This document shows, piece after piece, positions 17,687-25,787 of a DNA stretch of 32,000 nt (within the stretch, counting starts at the first letter, position 1; each line of letters opens with the position of its first letter). A program made the position numbers and the translations under genes. The DNA lies in contig NC_003551.1 in assembly GCF_000007185.1 (NCBI RefSeq), positions 150,001 to 182,000 of the forward strand. The letters are read 5' to 3'. Source of the DNA: Methanopyrus kandleri AV19 (GTDB lineage Archaea; JAADCQ01; Methanopyri; Methanopyrales; Methanopyraceae). The notes beneath the pieces were generated by a model that saw nothing but the letters and a program-made list of their open reading frames with translations, was not told where the DNA came from and made no database searches.

Positions 17687-18651
17687 GGGAAAGCTTGCTG
17701 GAAGCCGCCGGTGCCGTGCTTCTGGGTTCGGCCGCGCTCCTGATGGTTGGCAGATTGGGTAACCGCGGGTTCTTCTTGTGGCTCCGTACCGTCGGTATCT
17801 TAGGTCTGTTGGTCGGAATACTGTCCCTGGCGCTGGCCGCCCTGACGGGGAGTGCGATCGCGGGGCTGGTCGTAGGAGTCATCACTGCCGCGATGATGTA
17901 CCTATTCTCCTCCCGTATAGTGCGCATCCAGATGGGAGCCGTAGACGCCGAGGAGTTCCTCCGGTACAAGCCGGAGTACGCGGACAAGTTACGCAGAGTG
18001 CAGGAGATGGTGTCGAAGCTAGCGTCCAAGGCTGGGCTTCCGGAACCCGAGCTGGTGGTAGTTCCGGAAGAGACCGGTGTCGGCGGGTACCCCAACGCCT
18101 TCGCCACCGGACGCCGGTCGAAGCCCACGGTGGGAGTTACAGAGGGGCTCCTGAGGCACCTGGACGACGACGAGATATACGGAGTACTGGGTCACGAGCT
18201 CGCTCACGTGAAGAACCGCGACACGCTCGTCATGACCGTAGCTGCGGCCGTGAGCACCGCCATCGCGTACGCGTTCGACCCGTGGCTGAACGCCATGTAC
18301 ACCGAGGACTGGGAGGACATAGCTTTCCTGGTGCTGGCGGGCATGTTGGCCTCGCTGATCTCGACGCTGCTCGTGGCCGCCATAAGCCGGTCGCGGGAGT
18401 ACTTGGCCGACGAGGAGGGAGCTAAGCTCTCGGGGAACCCCATGGCGCTGGCCGAGGCCTTGGAGAAGATCGAGGCGATAGTCAAGTCCAACCCCGCGCC
18501 CGCTAGGTCGTTGTCCGAAGTCTCAACGGCGCACCTGTGGATCGAGAACCCGTTCCGCGGAGGCCTACTCCGACTGTTCAGCACTCATCCGCCGGTCGAG
18601 AAGAGGGTCGAACGTCTCAGGCGCCTCGCGAGAGAGTTGCAAGGACCGTAA
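17683..18651 (+). CDS. htpX: M48 family zinc metalloprotease HtpX
   Basis: [64 protein letters not shown]. Confidence 0.93.
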   Translation: MRESLLEAAGAVLLGSAALLMVGRLGNRGFFLWLRTVGILGLLVGILSLALAALTGSAIAGLVVGVITAAMMYLFSSRIVRIQMGAVDAEEFLRYKPEYADKLRRVQEMVSKLASKAGLPEPELVVVPEETGVGGYPNAFATGRRSKPTVGVTEGLLRHLDDDEIYGVLGHELAHVKNRDTLVMTVAAAVSTAIAYAFDPWLNAMYTEDWEDIAFLVLAGMLASLISTLLVAAISRSREYLADEEGAKLSGNPMALAEALEKIEAIVKSNPAPARSLSEVSTAHLWIENPFRGGLLRLFSTHPPVEKRVERLRRLARELQGP

Positions 18652-19261
18652 CCTCGGCCCAGGCGTCCTCGAGGTAACGCTGCACCTCCAGGGGGCTCCA
18701 GGGATCGATCCTTCGGACGCGGCGGAGGAGCCGCTTCTTGACCTTAGCCACCTCGGGGTGTTCGGGTTCCACCTCGGGCACGTAGAGCGGAACGTCCAGA
18801 CGTTCCGCGGCCAATCTCAGCGGTTCCAGAACCAGGGACCTTTCGAGTTCCGAGAGCGGGTCGTCGGTTCGGCACCCGGTCACGCGCCGGAGACCCATCT
18901 CGAGGCGGCGAACGGCCACGTCCGGAAGCTCCTGCAACACTAGCTCCTCCGCACCGACCTCGAGAGGAAGGGCCAGAGCCCGAAGTGGCGGTAACCCACC
19001 GATCGGCATTACACCGTGCTCGAACTGCAGCACGTGGGCGAGCTCGTGGGCCAGGGAAGCCTTGACTTCTTGGAAGTTCCGAGCGGCCCCGATCTCCACG
19101 GTCACAACGTTACCTTCGAGGCGCGTGTACGTGGCCCGGACGGCGTCACAACTAGCCAGGAGCACCGGAGAATCTGGCTTAACCGTCGACGGGAGCTCAC
19201 GATACGCTCGGATCACGAAGTACCGGAGCGATCGGGGATATATGAGCAGGACTCTCAGCAC
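18617..19261 (-). CDS. Uncharacterized HExxH metalloprotease-like protein
   Basis: [21 protein letters not shown] (HELAH) and a possible downstream Glu ligand in [11 protein letters not shown]. Probable GTG start at 19261. Confidence 0.7.
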   Translation of the reverse strand: MLRVLLIYPRSLRYFVIRAYRELPSTVKPDSPVLLASCDAVRATYTRLEGNVVTVEIGAARNFQEVKASLAHELAHVLQFEHGVMPIGGLPPLRALALPLEVGAEELVLQELPDVAVRRLEMGLRRVTGCRTDDPLSELERSLVLEPLRLAAERLDVPLYVPEVEPEHPEVAKVKKRLLRRVRRIDPWSPLEVQRYLEDAWAEVTVLATLSRGA

Positions 19262-20073
19262 TGTCTGACCCGAACACCCCTTTCGGCCAGGTGCTCCTTC
19301 ACCTCTTCGATCGTGAATTTCCCATAGTGGAAGATCGAAGCCGCGAGAGCTGCGTCGGCGTCGGCCTCCTTGAAAACCTCCACCATATGCTTCGGGTGAC
19401 CGCAACCCCCGGAGGCTATCACGGGAATGCTCACTGCGTTACACACCTCTCGGGTCAGTTCGATGTCGTAACCTTCTTGAGTACCGTCGGCGTCGATGCT
19501 CGTCAAGAGTATCTCGCCCGCGCCCAGCTCCTCCACCCTCTTAGCCCAGGTTATGGCGTCGAGATCTACGGGCTCACGACCTCCACGGACGTAGACCCGG
19601 AACCAGTATTCTCCATCGTCGTTCGAGAAGATATGATCCGCCACGTGTTCATGCTCCGGCTTCAGAGGCTCCCGCTTTGCGTCGATCGCCACTACCACGC
19701 ACTGCGACCCGAAAATATCGGCGGCCTCGGAGATTAACTCCGGGTTCTCCACCGCCGCGGTGTTCACGGAAACTTTATCGGCTCCGGCGGTCAGCGCCCT
19801 TCGGAAGTCCTCGACGTCGGATATCCCGCCACCTACGGTCATGGGAATGAACACCTTCTCCGCGGTGCGACGCACCACGTCCACCATTAACCGGCGACCT
19901 TCAGGAGAGGCCGAGATATCCAGGAACACGATCTCGTCGGCACCGTGACGGTAGTAGTGATGGGCCAACTCAGCGGGATCGCCAGCGTCGCGCAGTCCGC
20001 GGAACCGTACGCCTTTCACGACACGTCCGTCCTTGACGTCGAGGCAGGGTATGATGCGTTTGGCTAAGGCCAT
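19255..20073 (-). CDS. hisF: Imidazole glycerol phosphate synthase cyclase subunit HisF
   Basis: [57 protein letters not shown] at 20073 preferred over 20091. Confidence 0.97.
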   Translation of the reverse strand: MALAKRIIPCLDVKDGRVVKGVRFRGLRDAGDPAELAHHYYRHGADEIVFLDISASPEGRRLMVDVVRRTAEKVFIPMTVGGGISDVEDFRRALTAGADKVSVNTAAVENPELISEAADIFGSQCVVVAIDAKREPLKPEHEHVADHIFSNDDGEYWFRVYVRGGREPVDLDAITWAKRVEELGAGEILLTSIDADGTQEGYDIELTREVCNAVSIPVIASGGCGHPKHMVEVFKEADADAALAASIFHYGKFTIEEVKEHLAERGVRVRQC

Positions 20074-20142
20074 TGGAGTCTCCGCCCACACCCCGGTTCC
20101 TCCTCATCGGGGTCGGCGTGGGGTAGCATCGTCATCGACGGG

Positions 20143-20856
20143 GTGGCATTCGGGATGGTGGCCAGGGACCTTCTGGATTCTATCGAGAAATACCTTTTGG
20201 TGACGCGAAGGATGGTGAACGCCGGGATACCTAAAGATCGGGCGTTGAACACCGTACAGCGCACCTGGGGACTCACAAATAGGGAGAAGAAAGCGCTATA
20301 CCGTATCGTGTGGTCGAGACTGGAATCATTACTCAGAGCCGGCAAAAGGGTCCCGACGCCGCTTCTCAGAGGGCAGGACTTGGTAATCGACGGGTACAAC
20401 GTGCTTGTCGGGCTGGCGTCCCTGGACGCCGGGGAAGCCGTACTCTGCGACGACGACGTGGTGCGTGACTTACGGATGTCTCCCAAGTTGGAGGAGGAAG
20501 AGGTGCAGACCGCCCTCGAAATGTTGGAGACGTACCTGCGTCGCGTTGAACCGCGCTCAGTGAGGATACTGTTCGACGCTCCTGTGAGCGGTAGTGGTGA
20601 GCTGGCCGCGCGAGTCGAGCGGTACCTAAAAGACTCGTTGAACGTCCCGGTACGGGCCTCGGCCGTCAAAGGTGTGGACGAAAAGCTGGTGAGGGCCCAA
20701 GGAGTGCCCGTGACATCCGACTCCGGCATCATAGATCGTGTGTCAGCTTATCACGACGCCGTCAGGGAAGTGGCGGCCGCAGAAGGTATAGCCGTATGGA
20801 TCCCGCCGGGACCTTCCGAGCCCAAGTTCGTACGTGCTCTCGTCCCGGAAGGGTAA
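20143..20856 (+). CDS. DUF434/DUF5616-type protein (PIN-like nuclease fold candidate)
   Basis: 237 aa; LVIDGYNVLVGL and TSDSGIIDRV acidic motifs. Confidence 0.7.
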   Translation: MAFGMVARDLLDSIEKYLLVTRRMVNAGIPKDRALNTVQRTWGLTNREKKALYRIVWSRLESLLRAGKRVPTPLLRGQDLVIDGYNVLVGLASLDAGEAVLCDDDVVRDLRMSPKLEEEEVQTALEMLETYLRRVEPRSVRILFDAPVSGSGELAARVERYLKDSLNVPVRASAVKGVDEKLVRAQGVPVTSDSGIIDRVSAYHDAVREVAAAEGIAVWIPPGPSEPKFVRALVPEG

Positions 20857-20921
20857 GGATGATGATCACGGGACCGGGATCGAGGGTAATCCGATGAGAG
20901 TAAGCGGCCACACCTGACTTA
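20855..20921 (+). ncRNA. Candidate C/D-box sRNA
   Basis: TAAG - box C ATGATGA (20859-20865) - 14 nt - degenerate D' TCGA - box C'-like CGATGAG (20892-20898) - AGTAAGCGGCCACAC - box D CTGA (20914-20917) - CTTA, giving a 4-bp terminal stem. About 67 nt, between two ORFs. Confidence 0.4.
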
Positions 20922-20933
20922 GGGGAACCGCGA

Positions 20934-21410
20934 ATGGTTCGGAGAACCTCTGAAGAGATTTCAGAACGCATGGAAGACTACCTGGAAGCCCTATACCTAC
21001 TTTCGAGACGCGGCTCCGGCCGACATGTGAGGATATCGGAACTCAGCGAGTACCTGGAAGTGTCCAAACCGACGGCGTTGGAGATGATCAGAAAGTTAGC
21101 AGATCGCGGCTTAGTAGAGTACGAACGAGGTCTGGTGAAACTCACGGAGAAAGGTCGAGAGATCGGTAAGGAGGTGTGGGACAGGCACCGGGAGATAGCG
21201 TCATTCCTCCGGTTCTTGGGTGTAGATCCGAAGATAGCGGAACGTGACGCATGCGCTATAGAGCACTCGTTACACCCGCAGTCTTTCCGGAGACTACGAA
21301 AACTGTTCCACCTCCTGAAGGAGGCGACCGGGGAACCGACCGTGCGCGAGATCCTAGATAAAGTGCGGGGGGAAGAGGGAGATTCAGACGGAGTTCGACA
21401 TCGATCGTAA
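20934..21410 (+). CDS. DtxR/MntR family metal-dependent transcriptional regulator
   Basis: MEDYLEALYLLSRRGSGRHVRISELSEYLEVSKPTALEMIRKLADRGLVEYERGLVKLTEKG...CAIEHSLHP. Confidence 0.88.
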   Translation: MVRRTSEEISERMEDYLEALYLLSRRGSGRHVRISELSEYLEVSKPTALEMIRKLADRGLVEYERGLVKLTEKGREIGKEVWDRHREIASFLRFLGVDPKIAERDACAIEHSLHPQSFRRLRKLFHLLKEATGEPTVREILDKVRGEEGDSDGVRHRS

Positions 21411-21996
21411 GACGCTGAAGGCCGGACTCAGAAAGCTCCGGTCACTGGTCAAGGTCAAGATTCGACTAGCTAGGGAGCACGGTACCGTAGAGGTAGACCG
21501 ACCTCCTCTACCCATAGTGAAGAGCTGGTACGGGGAGGTTCTGGAAACCGTTGACGACGCCGAGAACTTCTTCGAAAGGGAGCTCCGACGCATGCATAAG
21601 GTCGAGCTCGAGGAAGTACCCAAGGTGGTATTCTGCGCTTTCGACGTTATCGAGGGAGTCAAGCATGAGTTCGAGCCTGAAAAGTATTTATATAAGCCCG
21701 GGGCGATACCCGCGGGAGCTCAGGCGTTGACACTGGATATCATGACGGACGATCATAGGGAGGATGCCGTGTACATAGGGGAGCCGGGCCCGGAAGTGAG
21801 CCGCGACCGTTGGGCGGGCCGTGTAGTGTCCGTCCTCGCGAGGCTGTTGCCAGAGTGTGTGGAGGTTGGGTTGCTCGAAGATGTCAGGGAGCTGGAGGGC
21901 GTAAGGGTGAGGATCGGGAAGTTCACCCTACTGAACTACGTTACTGGCGCGGCACTGGCGCTCTCGGGGGCCGAGGTCGAGCTCGAAGTTCAGTGA
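21382..21996 (+). CDS. Hypothetical protein; no canonical start at its apparent N-terminus (ORF track starts at internal GTG 21517)
   Basis: Frame open from 21358. Coding-like sequence (IQTEFDIDRKTLKAGLRKLRSLVKVKIRLAREHGTVEVDRPPLPI-VKSWYGEVLETVDDAENFF...) precedes GTG 21517. ATT 21382 follows GGGGGGAAGAGGG. Confidence 0.6.
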   Translation: MQTEFDIDRKTLKAGLRKLRSLVKVKIRLAREHGTVEVDRPPLPIVKSWYGEVLETVDDAENFFERELRRMHKVELEEVPKVVFCAFDVIEGVKHEFEPEKYLYKPGAIPAGAQALTLDIMTDDHREDAVYIGEPGPEVSRDRWAGRVVSVLARLLPECVEVGLLEDVRELEGVRVRIGKFTLLNYVTGAALALSGAEVELEVQ

Positions 21997-22265
21997 GCCT
22001 TTCTAACCCTGGCTACCTCATAATGCCGCGGAGTGAAGTAATAGTCGAACGGGTCCCTGCTGGAAATCCTGTAGTCTCTGGGGATCTCCCCTTCGTGTCT
22101 GGACTTTCTTCTTCTCACTCCGAGCAATTAAGTTCACCCCCTAACGTCTTATCCTTCGATAAACACATGTAGGCAATTCAGCGATAATTATTGATTTCGG
22201 CCCCCGAAGGATGGAGACCATTGAGCGCACATCGGGCACACTACCCGGCTTGGCGACCGTAATTG

Positions 22266-22272
22266 TTATATA
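22266..22272 (+). promoter_or_regulatory. Box A (TATA) element upstream of tRNA-Gln
   Basis: TTATATA, 30 bp upstream of the mature tRNA 5' end. Confidence 0.6.
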
Positions 22273-22301
22273 GGATGCATAGAGGTTGGGCTGATGGGAG
22301 C

Positions 22302-22377
22302 AGGGCCGTGGGGTAGCGGTCTATCCTGCGGGGCTTTGGACCCCGCGACCCCGGTTCAAATCCGGGCGGCCCTACCA
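22302..22377 (+). tRNA. tRNA-Gln (anticodon TTG), CCA encoded, T at position 8
   Basis: Acceptor AGGGCCG/CGGCCCT; anticodon stem CGGGG/CCCCG with loop CTTTGGA (anticodon 22336-22338); T stem CCCGG/CCGGG with loop TTCAAAT; discriminator A + CCA. Folded by hand. Confidence 0.95.
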
Positions 22378-22420
22378 CTCCGAATCGTTTTGAGAACCAT
22401 AACAATAAGGGGACGGCTCT

Positions 22421-22690
22421 TTGGACGCGCTGCTGAAGATCTGCATACTGAATGCGCTGGCGGTGGTAGCTTTCGCCGTACTCGTCTGGGCGGCTTTTAG
22501 GTACGCACTTCCCTCCTGGTTCATCCTGGCGATTATCGTCCCAGGGGTTCTCGGGTCAGCGTGCGTTGACTACGTCATGATCAGCGTCGGTGTGTACGAT
22601 GGCCCGTGGGAAACGGCATTCGCGAGCGTTGTGTACGCGGTGGCATGGTGGACAGGAAGACCCGGACCGTCCGGCCCGGGGTCCCGTTAG
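22421..22690 (+). CDS. Small predicted membrane protein, about 2 TM, 89 aa
   Basis: TTG-start ORF with two hydrophobic segments. Its 3' end runs antisense into the vhuU SECIS. Confidence 0.5.
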   Translation: MDALLKICILNALAVVAFAVLVWAAFRYALPSWFILAIIVPGVLGSACVDYVMISVGVYDGPWETAFASVVYAVAWWTGRPGPSGPGSR

Positions 22691-22704
22691 GGTTCCCCCG
22701 GGCC
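22673..22704 (-). promoter_or_regulatory. Archaeal SECIS element in the 3' UTR of vhuU
   Basis: Minus strand 5'-GGCCCGGGG-GAA-CCC-TAAC-GGG-A-CCCCGGGCC-3': 9-bp lower stem, GAA/A asymmetric internal loop, 3-bp GC stem, UAAC loop. Starts 18 nt after the vhuU stop. Confidence 0.93.
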
Positions 22705-22722
22705 ATCATCCGGCCGGGGCGT

Positions 22723-22851
22723 TCAATCCTCATCCTTCCGCTCTATCCGGAACTTCACGCGGTCCAACACGTGGGCGGCGCACGACAGTCAGATGTCGTA
22801 GCTCCTGATCACCATTTCCAGGTAGTTCAATACATCCCGCTTCTCGGCCAT
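22723..22851 (-). CDS. vhuU: F420-non-reducing hydrogenase selenocysteine subunit VhuU (TGA at 22791-22789 read as Sec)
   Basis: MAEKRDVLNYLEMVIRSYDI-U-LSCAAHVLDRVKFRIERKDED*, matching the D-x-C/U-x-x-C-x-x-H C-terminal Ni-ligand motif missing from the upstream large subunit. GGGGGAG RBS and a downstream SECIS. Confidence 0.95.
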
Positions 22852-22864
22852 CGAGCGGCTCCCC

Positions 22865-24169
22865 CTAAGCTAGTTCCACGATTTCGTCCTCTAACTTTTT
22901 CGCGGTCTCCTTCAGGGCGAGCTCGATCGCGGGGACGTTGTGAGTGGTAGCGACTATCAGGTTGGCCTCCTTCACGCGACCCTCGTCGTCGGTCACGTAG
23001 TGGTGGATGAGCGTACCACGCGGCGCCTCGACGATGCCGACTCCTTCGCCCGCCTTGGGCTCGTAGTCCTCCTTGCACTCGTCCTCCTCGGTGATCACAT
23101 CGTCCTCGAGCAGCATCTTGGCCTCCTCACACGCGGCCACGAGTTCCACGAGCCGGGCCCAGTTGATGGTGAGCGAGTAGTTCACGCACTCCCCGAACTC
23201 GTCGACGTACTCCTCGTAGAGCTCCTGGGCGCGCTCGGTCTTCATCTCCGAGCAGACGTTGAGCCGTGCACCCGGTCCTACCCTGTAGATACCGTCCGGG
23301 TACCCGACGTCCTTCAGGTACGGGTGTTTGACGTAGGAGTACTCTATGGTGCGCTCCGCGATCACGTCCTGGTATTCCTGCGGCTCGAAGCGCGTGACCT
23401 CCTCCCCGTTCGGATCCACTACCTTCACCTCGCCGTCGTAGAACTCGTGCTTGTCACCGTCTGAGACGAGACCCATGTGGTAAGTCTCGATGTTCCCTAG
23501 AGTCTCGAGCAGATCGATGTCGTGCTTCTCCCGGTACTCCTCCAGCGTCTCTTTGATCGCCTCGATGCCGACCTTGGCACCCTCGTACGCCATCTCGATC
23601 ATCTCTTCGGCGCGGTTGAGCAGGTCATCGCGTGACTCCGGGTCGACCGGGGAGGAGACGCCGCCCGGGATCCCCGTCACGGGGTGTATGGCCTTACCTC
23701 CGGTAGCCTCTACGATGTCCTGACCGTAGCGACGCAGTTCGATCGCGATCTTTCCGACTTCCGGGTCGTCCTTGACTATCTTCACCACGTTACGCTGGAG
23801 CGGGTCCGCATCCGGTCCAACCACGTAGTCGGGCGCCGCCAGGAAGTAGAAGTGAAGCGCGTGGCTGTGGATCATGTTCCCGATGTGCATCAGCCACCGG
23901 ATCTTGTGCCCGCCTTCGGGCGGCTCGGCGTCGAAGCACGCGTCCACGGCCTTGCAGGCCGCTAAATGGTGGGCAGTCTGGCAGATACCGCAGATCCTGG
24001 ATACGATGTAGGGAACGTCCTCCGCGGGGCGGCCTTGGACGAACTTTTCGAACCCTCGGACTGCGAGGACTGCGAACTTGACGTCGGTCACCTCACCGTC
24101 CTCGACCTCGATGATGACTTCACCGTGTCCCTCTACCCTGGTCAGGGGGTGAATCTTGATCTCGGCCAC
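22865..24169 (-). CDS. vhuA: F420-non-reducing [NiFe] hydrogenase large subunit lacking its C-terminal ligand motif
   Basis: IKIHPLTRVEGHGEV, IVSRICGICQTAHHLA (N-terminal Ni ligands). The protein ends before the DPCxxCxxH motif, which is supplied by vhuU. Confidence 0.95.
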   Translation of the reverse strand: MAEIKIHPLTRVEGHGEVIIEVEDGEVTDVKFAVLAVRGFEKFVQGRPAEDVPYIVSRICGICQTAHHLAACKAVDACFDAEPPEGGHKIRWLMHIGNMIHSHALHFYFLAAPDYVVGPDADPLQRNVVKIVKDDPEVGKIAIELRRYGQDIVEATGGKAIHPVTGIPGGVSSPVDPESRDDLLNRAEEMIEMAYEGAKVGIEAIKETLEEYREKHDIDLLETLGNIETYHMGLVSDGDKHEFYDGEVKVVDPNGEEVTRFEPQEYQDVIAERTIEYSYVKHPYLKDVGYPDGIYRVGPGARLNVCSEMKTERAQELYEEYVDEFGECVNYSLTINWARLVELVAACEEAKMLLEDDVITEEDECKEDYEPKAGEGVGIVEAPRGTLIHHYVTDDEGRVKEANLIVATTHNVPAIELALKETAKKLEDEIVELA

Positions 24170-24172
24170 CCG

Positions 24173-25090
24173 TTACTCCCCCTTCGAGCCGAAGATCACG
24201 TCACGATGACCCTTCAGTAGAGACGCGGCCATGGAGAACATGTAGAGCTTCCCAGGTAGGTCGACGAGTCCCTCCAGGATCTCCTCGACGTCGACGTCGG
24301 TCTCGAAGGACACCGAGGCGATCGCATCGAGGAACGCCGCACCCTGATCCAGTGCCTGCTTCGTCGGTCCGTTACACCCACGGCACGATAGTCCTCGGGA
24401 CGGACAGGCCGCTCCACATCCGGCGACCGTGGCCGGTCCCATGCACGGGTAGCCCTGTTCGAGCAGGCACTTGTCCGGGTCGGGTCGGCCCTGACCGGTG
24501 CGGAACTTGATCTCCTCGATCGGGATGTCCTCCTTCTCGCGGGGACATTCCTCGCACAGGTTCGTCGTCGGGAGTTCGGGCTCCCGGTCCTCGAGGATGG
24601 CGGTGATGACCTCAGCGATGCTCTCCGGCTTGGGAGGGCAGCCCGGCAGCATGTAGTCGACGTCGATTACCTCGGGCAGCGGCCGCACGTAGCCGAAGAG
24701 CTCCGGAACGACCTCTTCCGGAGTCTCGCCTTCGTCGTCGGTGGTCGGGGTCTCCTTGAAGACCCACTCGAGGATGTCGTCCAGTTGGTACAGGTTGGCC
24801 AGCCCGTGGACTCCACCGTAGCAGGCGCATGTCCCCACGGCGACGACGATGTCGGCGGCCTCACGGAGTTCTTCCGCGACCTCGAGATCCTCCTCGTTTC
24901 GGATGCTTCCCTCGATCACCGCTACGTTCACGTGCTCTGGGATCTCCTTCTGGTCGACTAGTACGTAGCAGTACTCGATCTCGATGGCGTCCTCCAGGAG
25001 ATCGAGTAACTTCTCGTGGAGATCGAGCAGTGACACGTGACACCCGACACAGGAGGACAGTTGAGCCGTCGCAATCGTCGCCTTACCCAT
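24173..25090 (-). CDS. vhuG: F420-non-reducing [NiFe] hydrogenase small subunit
   Basis: LSSCVGCHVSLLDLHEKLLDLL, VAVGTCACYGGV, MLPGCPPKPESI, and Cys clusters CMGPATVAGCGAACPSRGLSCRGC. Confidence 0.95.
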   Translation of the reverse strand: MGKATIATAQLSSCVGCHVSLLDLHEKLLDLLEDAIEIEYCYVLVDQKEIPEHVNVAVIEGSIRNEEDLEVAEELREAADIVVAVGTCACYGGVHGLANLYQLDDILEWVFKETPTTDDEGETPEEVVPELFGYVRPLPEVIDVDYMLPGCPPKPESIAEVITAILEDREPELPTTNLCEECPREKEDIPIEEIKFRTGQGRPDPDKCLLEQGYPCMGPATVAGCGAACPSRGLSCRGCNGPTKQALDQGAAFLDAIASVSFETDVDVEEILEGLVDLPGKLYMFSMAASLLKGHRDVIFGSKGE

Positions 25091-25120
25091 CCCGCGCTCC
25101 CCCGGCGGTGGCCCGCGCGT

Positions 25121-25130
25121 GATTTAATAC
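25121..25130. promoter_or_regulatory. AT-rich element (GATTTAATAC) in the divergent vhuG/cbiM region, candidate shared TATA region
   Basis: Isolated AT-rich block in GC-rich intergenic DNA, about 31 bp upstream of vhuG on the minus strand. Confidence 0.4.
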
Positions 25131-25196
25131 CGGATTGGGATTGAAGGATCGAATGCTACCCAACAGCTTCGACCGGGGGGTCCCGGAATAGCCCAT

Positions 25197-25787
25197 ATTC
25201 ACCTACCTGATGGACTGATACCGTTATGGTGGTGTGCCGTATTTTACGCTATGGCGGCCATACCGGTAGGTTTAGGGGCGCTGAGAATCCGGTCCGAGGG
25301 TCGTAAAACCATTCTGGTCGGATTGTTGGCGGGTCTCTCGTTCGTGTTCATGCAGGTGCCGATAGGCCATGCTCACGTGAACTTAACGGGACCGATCGGA
25401 ATTCTACTGGGGCCTTGGAGTTCCGCCGTGGCTGTTTTCATCGTCAACTTGGCGTGTGCCCTAATGGGACACGGAGGAATAACCATCGTCGGATTGAACA
25501 CCCTGATCAACTGGGGAGAAGCTGCCGGCGTGTGGGCACTCTACAGGCTTCTCAGGGAGAGGCTGGATTACGGTGCAGCCGCGGGGATCGCCACGTTCTC
25601 CGTCCTAGCCACATCGTCGGTGATTCCATCGTTCGTCATGGCTTGGGTTATCAACAAACCGGTACTTCCGTTCCTTCTCACACTGACCACGGTTTGGATA
25701 GTCACGGCGATCATCGAAGCCGTAATTACGGCATCGATGGTTAAGGCTCTCGCCCAAATGAAACCGGACTGGGTGAGAGATCTGTGA
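25197..25787 (+). CDS. cbiM: Cobalt/nickel ECF transporter substrate-capture protein CbiM/NikM; probable ATT start
   Basis: Frame open from 25128 with no ATG/GTG/TTG before 25251. ATT CAC CTA CCT GAT GGA gives (M)HLPDGLIPLWWCAVFYAMAAIPVG, matching the canonical MHIPDGFLP N-terminus; followed by FVFMQVPIGHAHVNLTGPIGILLGPW. Confidence 0.9.
   Translation: MHLPDGLIPLWWCAVFYAMAAIPVGLGALRIRSEGRKTILVGLLAGLSFVFMQVPIGHAHVNLTGPIGILLGPWSSAVAVFIVNLACALMGHGGITIVGLNTLINWGEAAGVWALYRLLRERLDYGAAAGIATFSVLATSSVIPSFVMAWVINKPVLPFLLTLTTVWIVTAIIEAVITASMVKALAQMKPDWVRDL

Noticed and set aside
21810-22172. 120-aa ORF on the plus strand, possible 49-aa ORF from ATG 22023
   Set aside because: It mostly overlaps another coding frame; the tail is Ser/Pro-rich without recognizable features.
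22190-22250. Short hairpin-like sequences (TTCGG-CCC-CCGAA; CGGG...CCCG) upstream of the tRNA
   Set aside because: Stems are only 4-5 bp and frequent by chance in GC-rich DNA; no adjacent poly-T terminator or matching RNA family.
24372-24864. Short alternate-frame ORFs within the hydrogenase small subunit
   Set aside because: Arg/Pro-rich out-of-frame products common in GC-rich genes.
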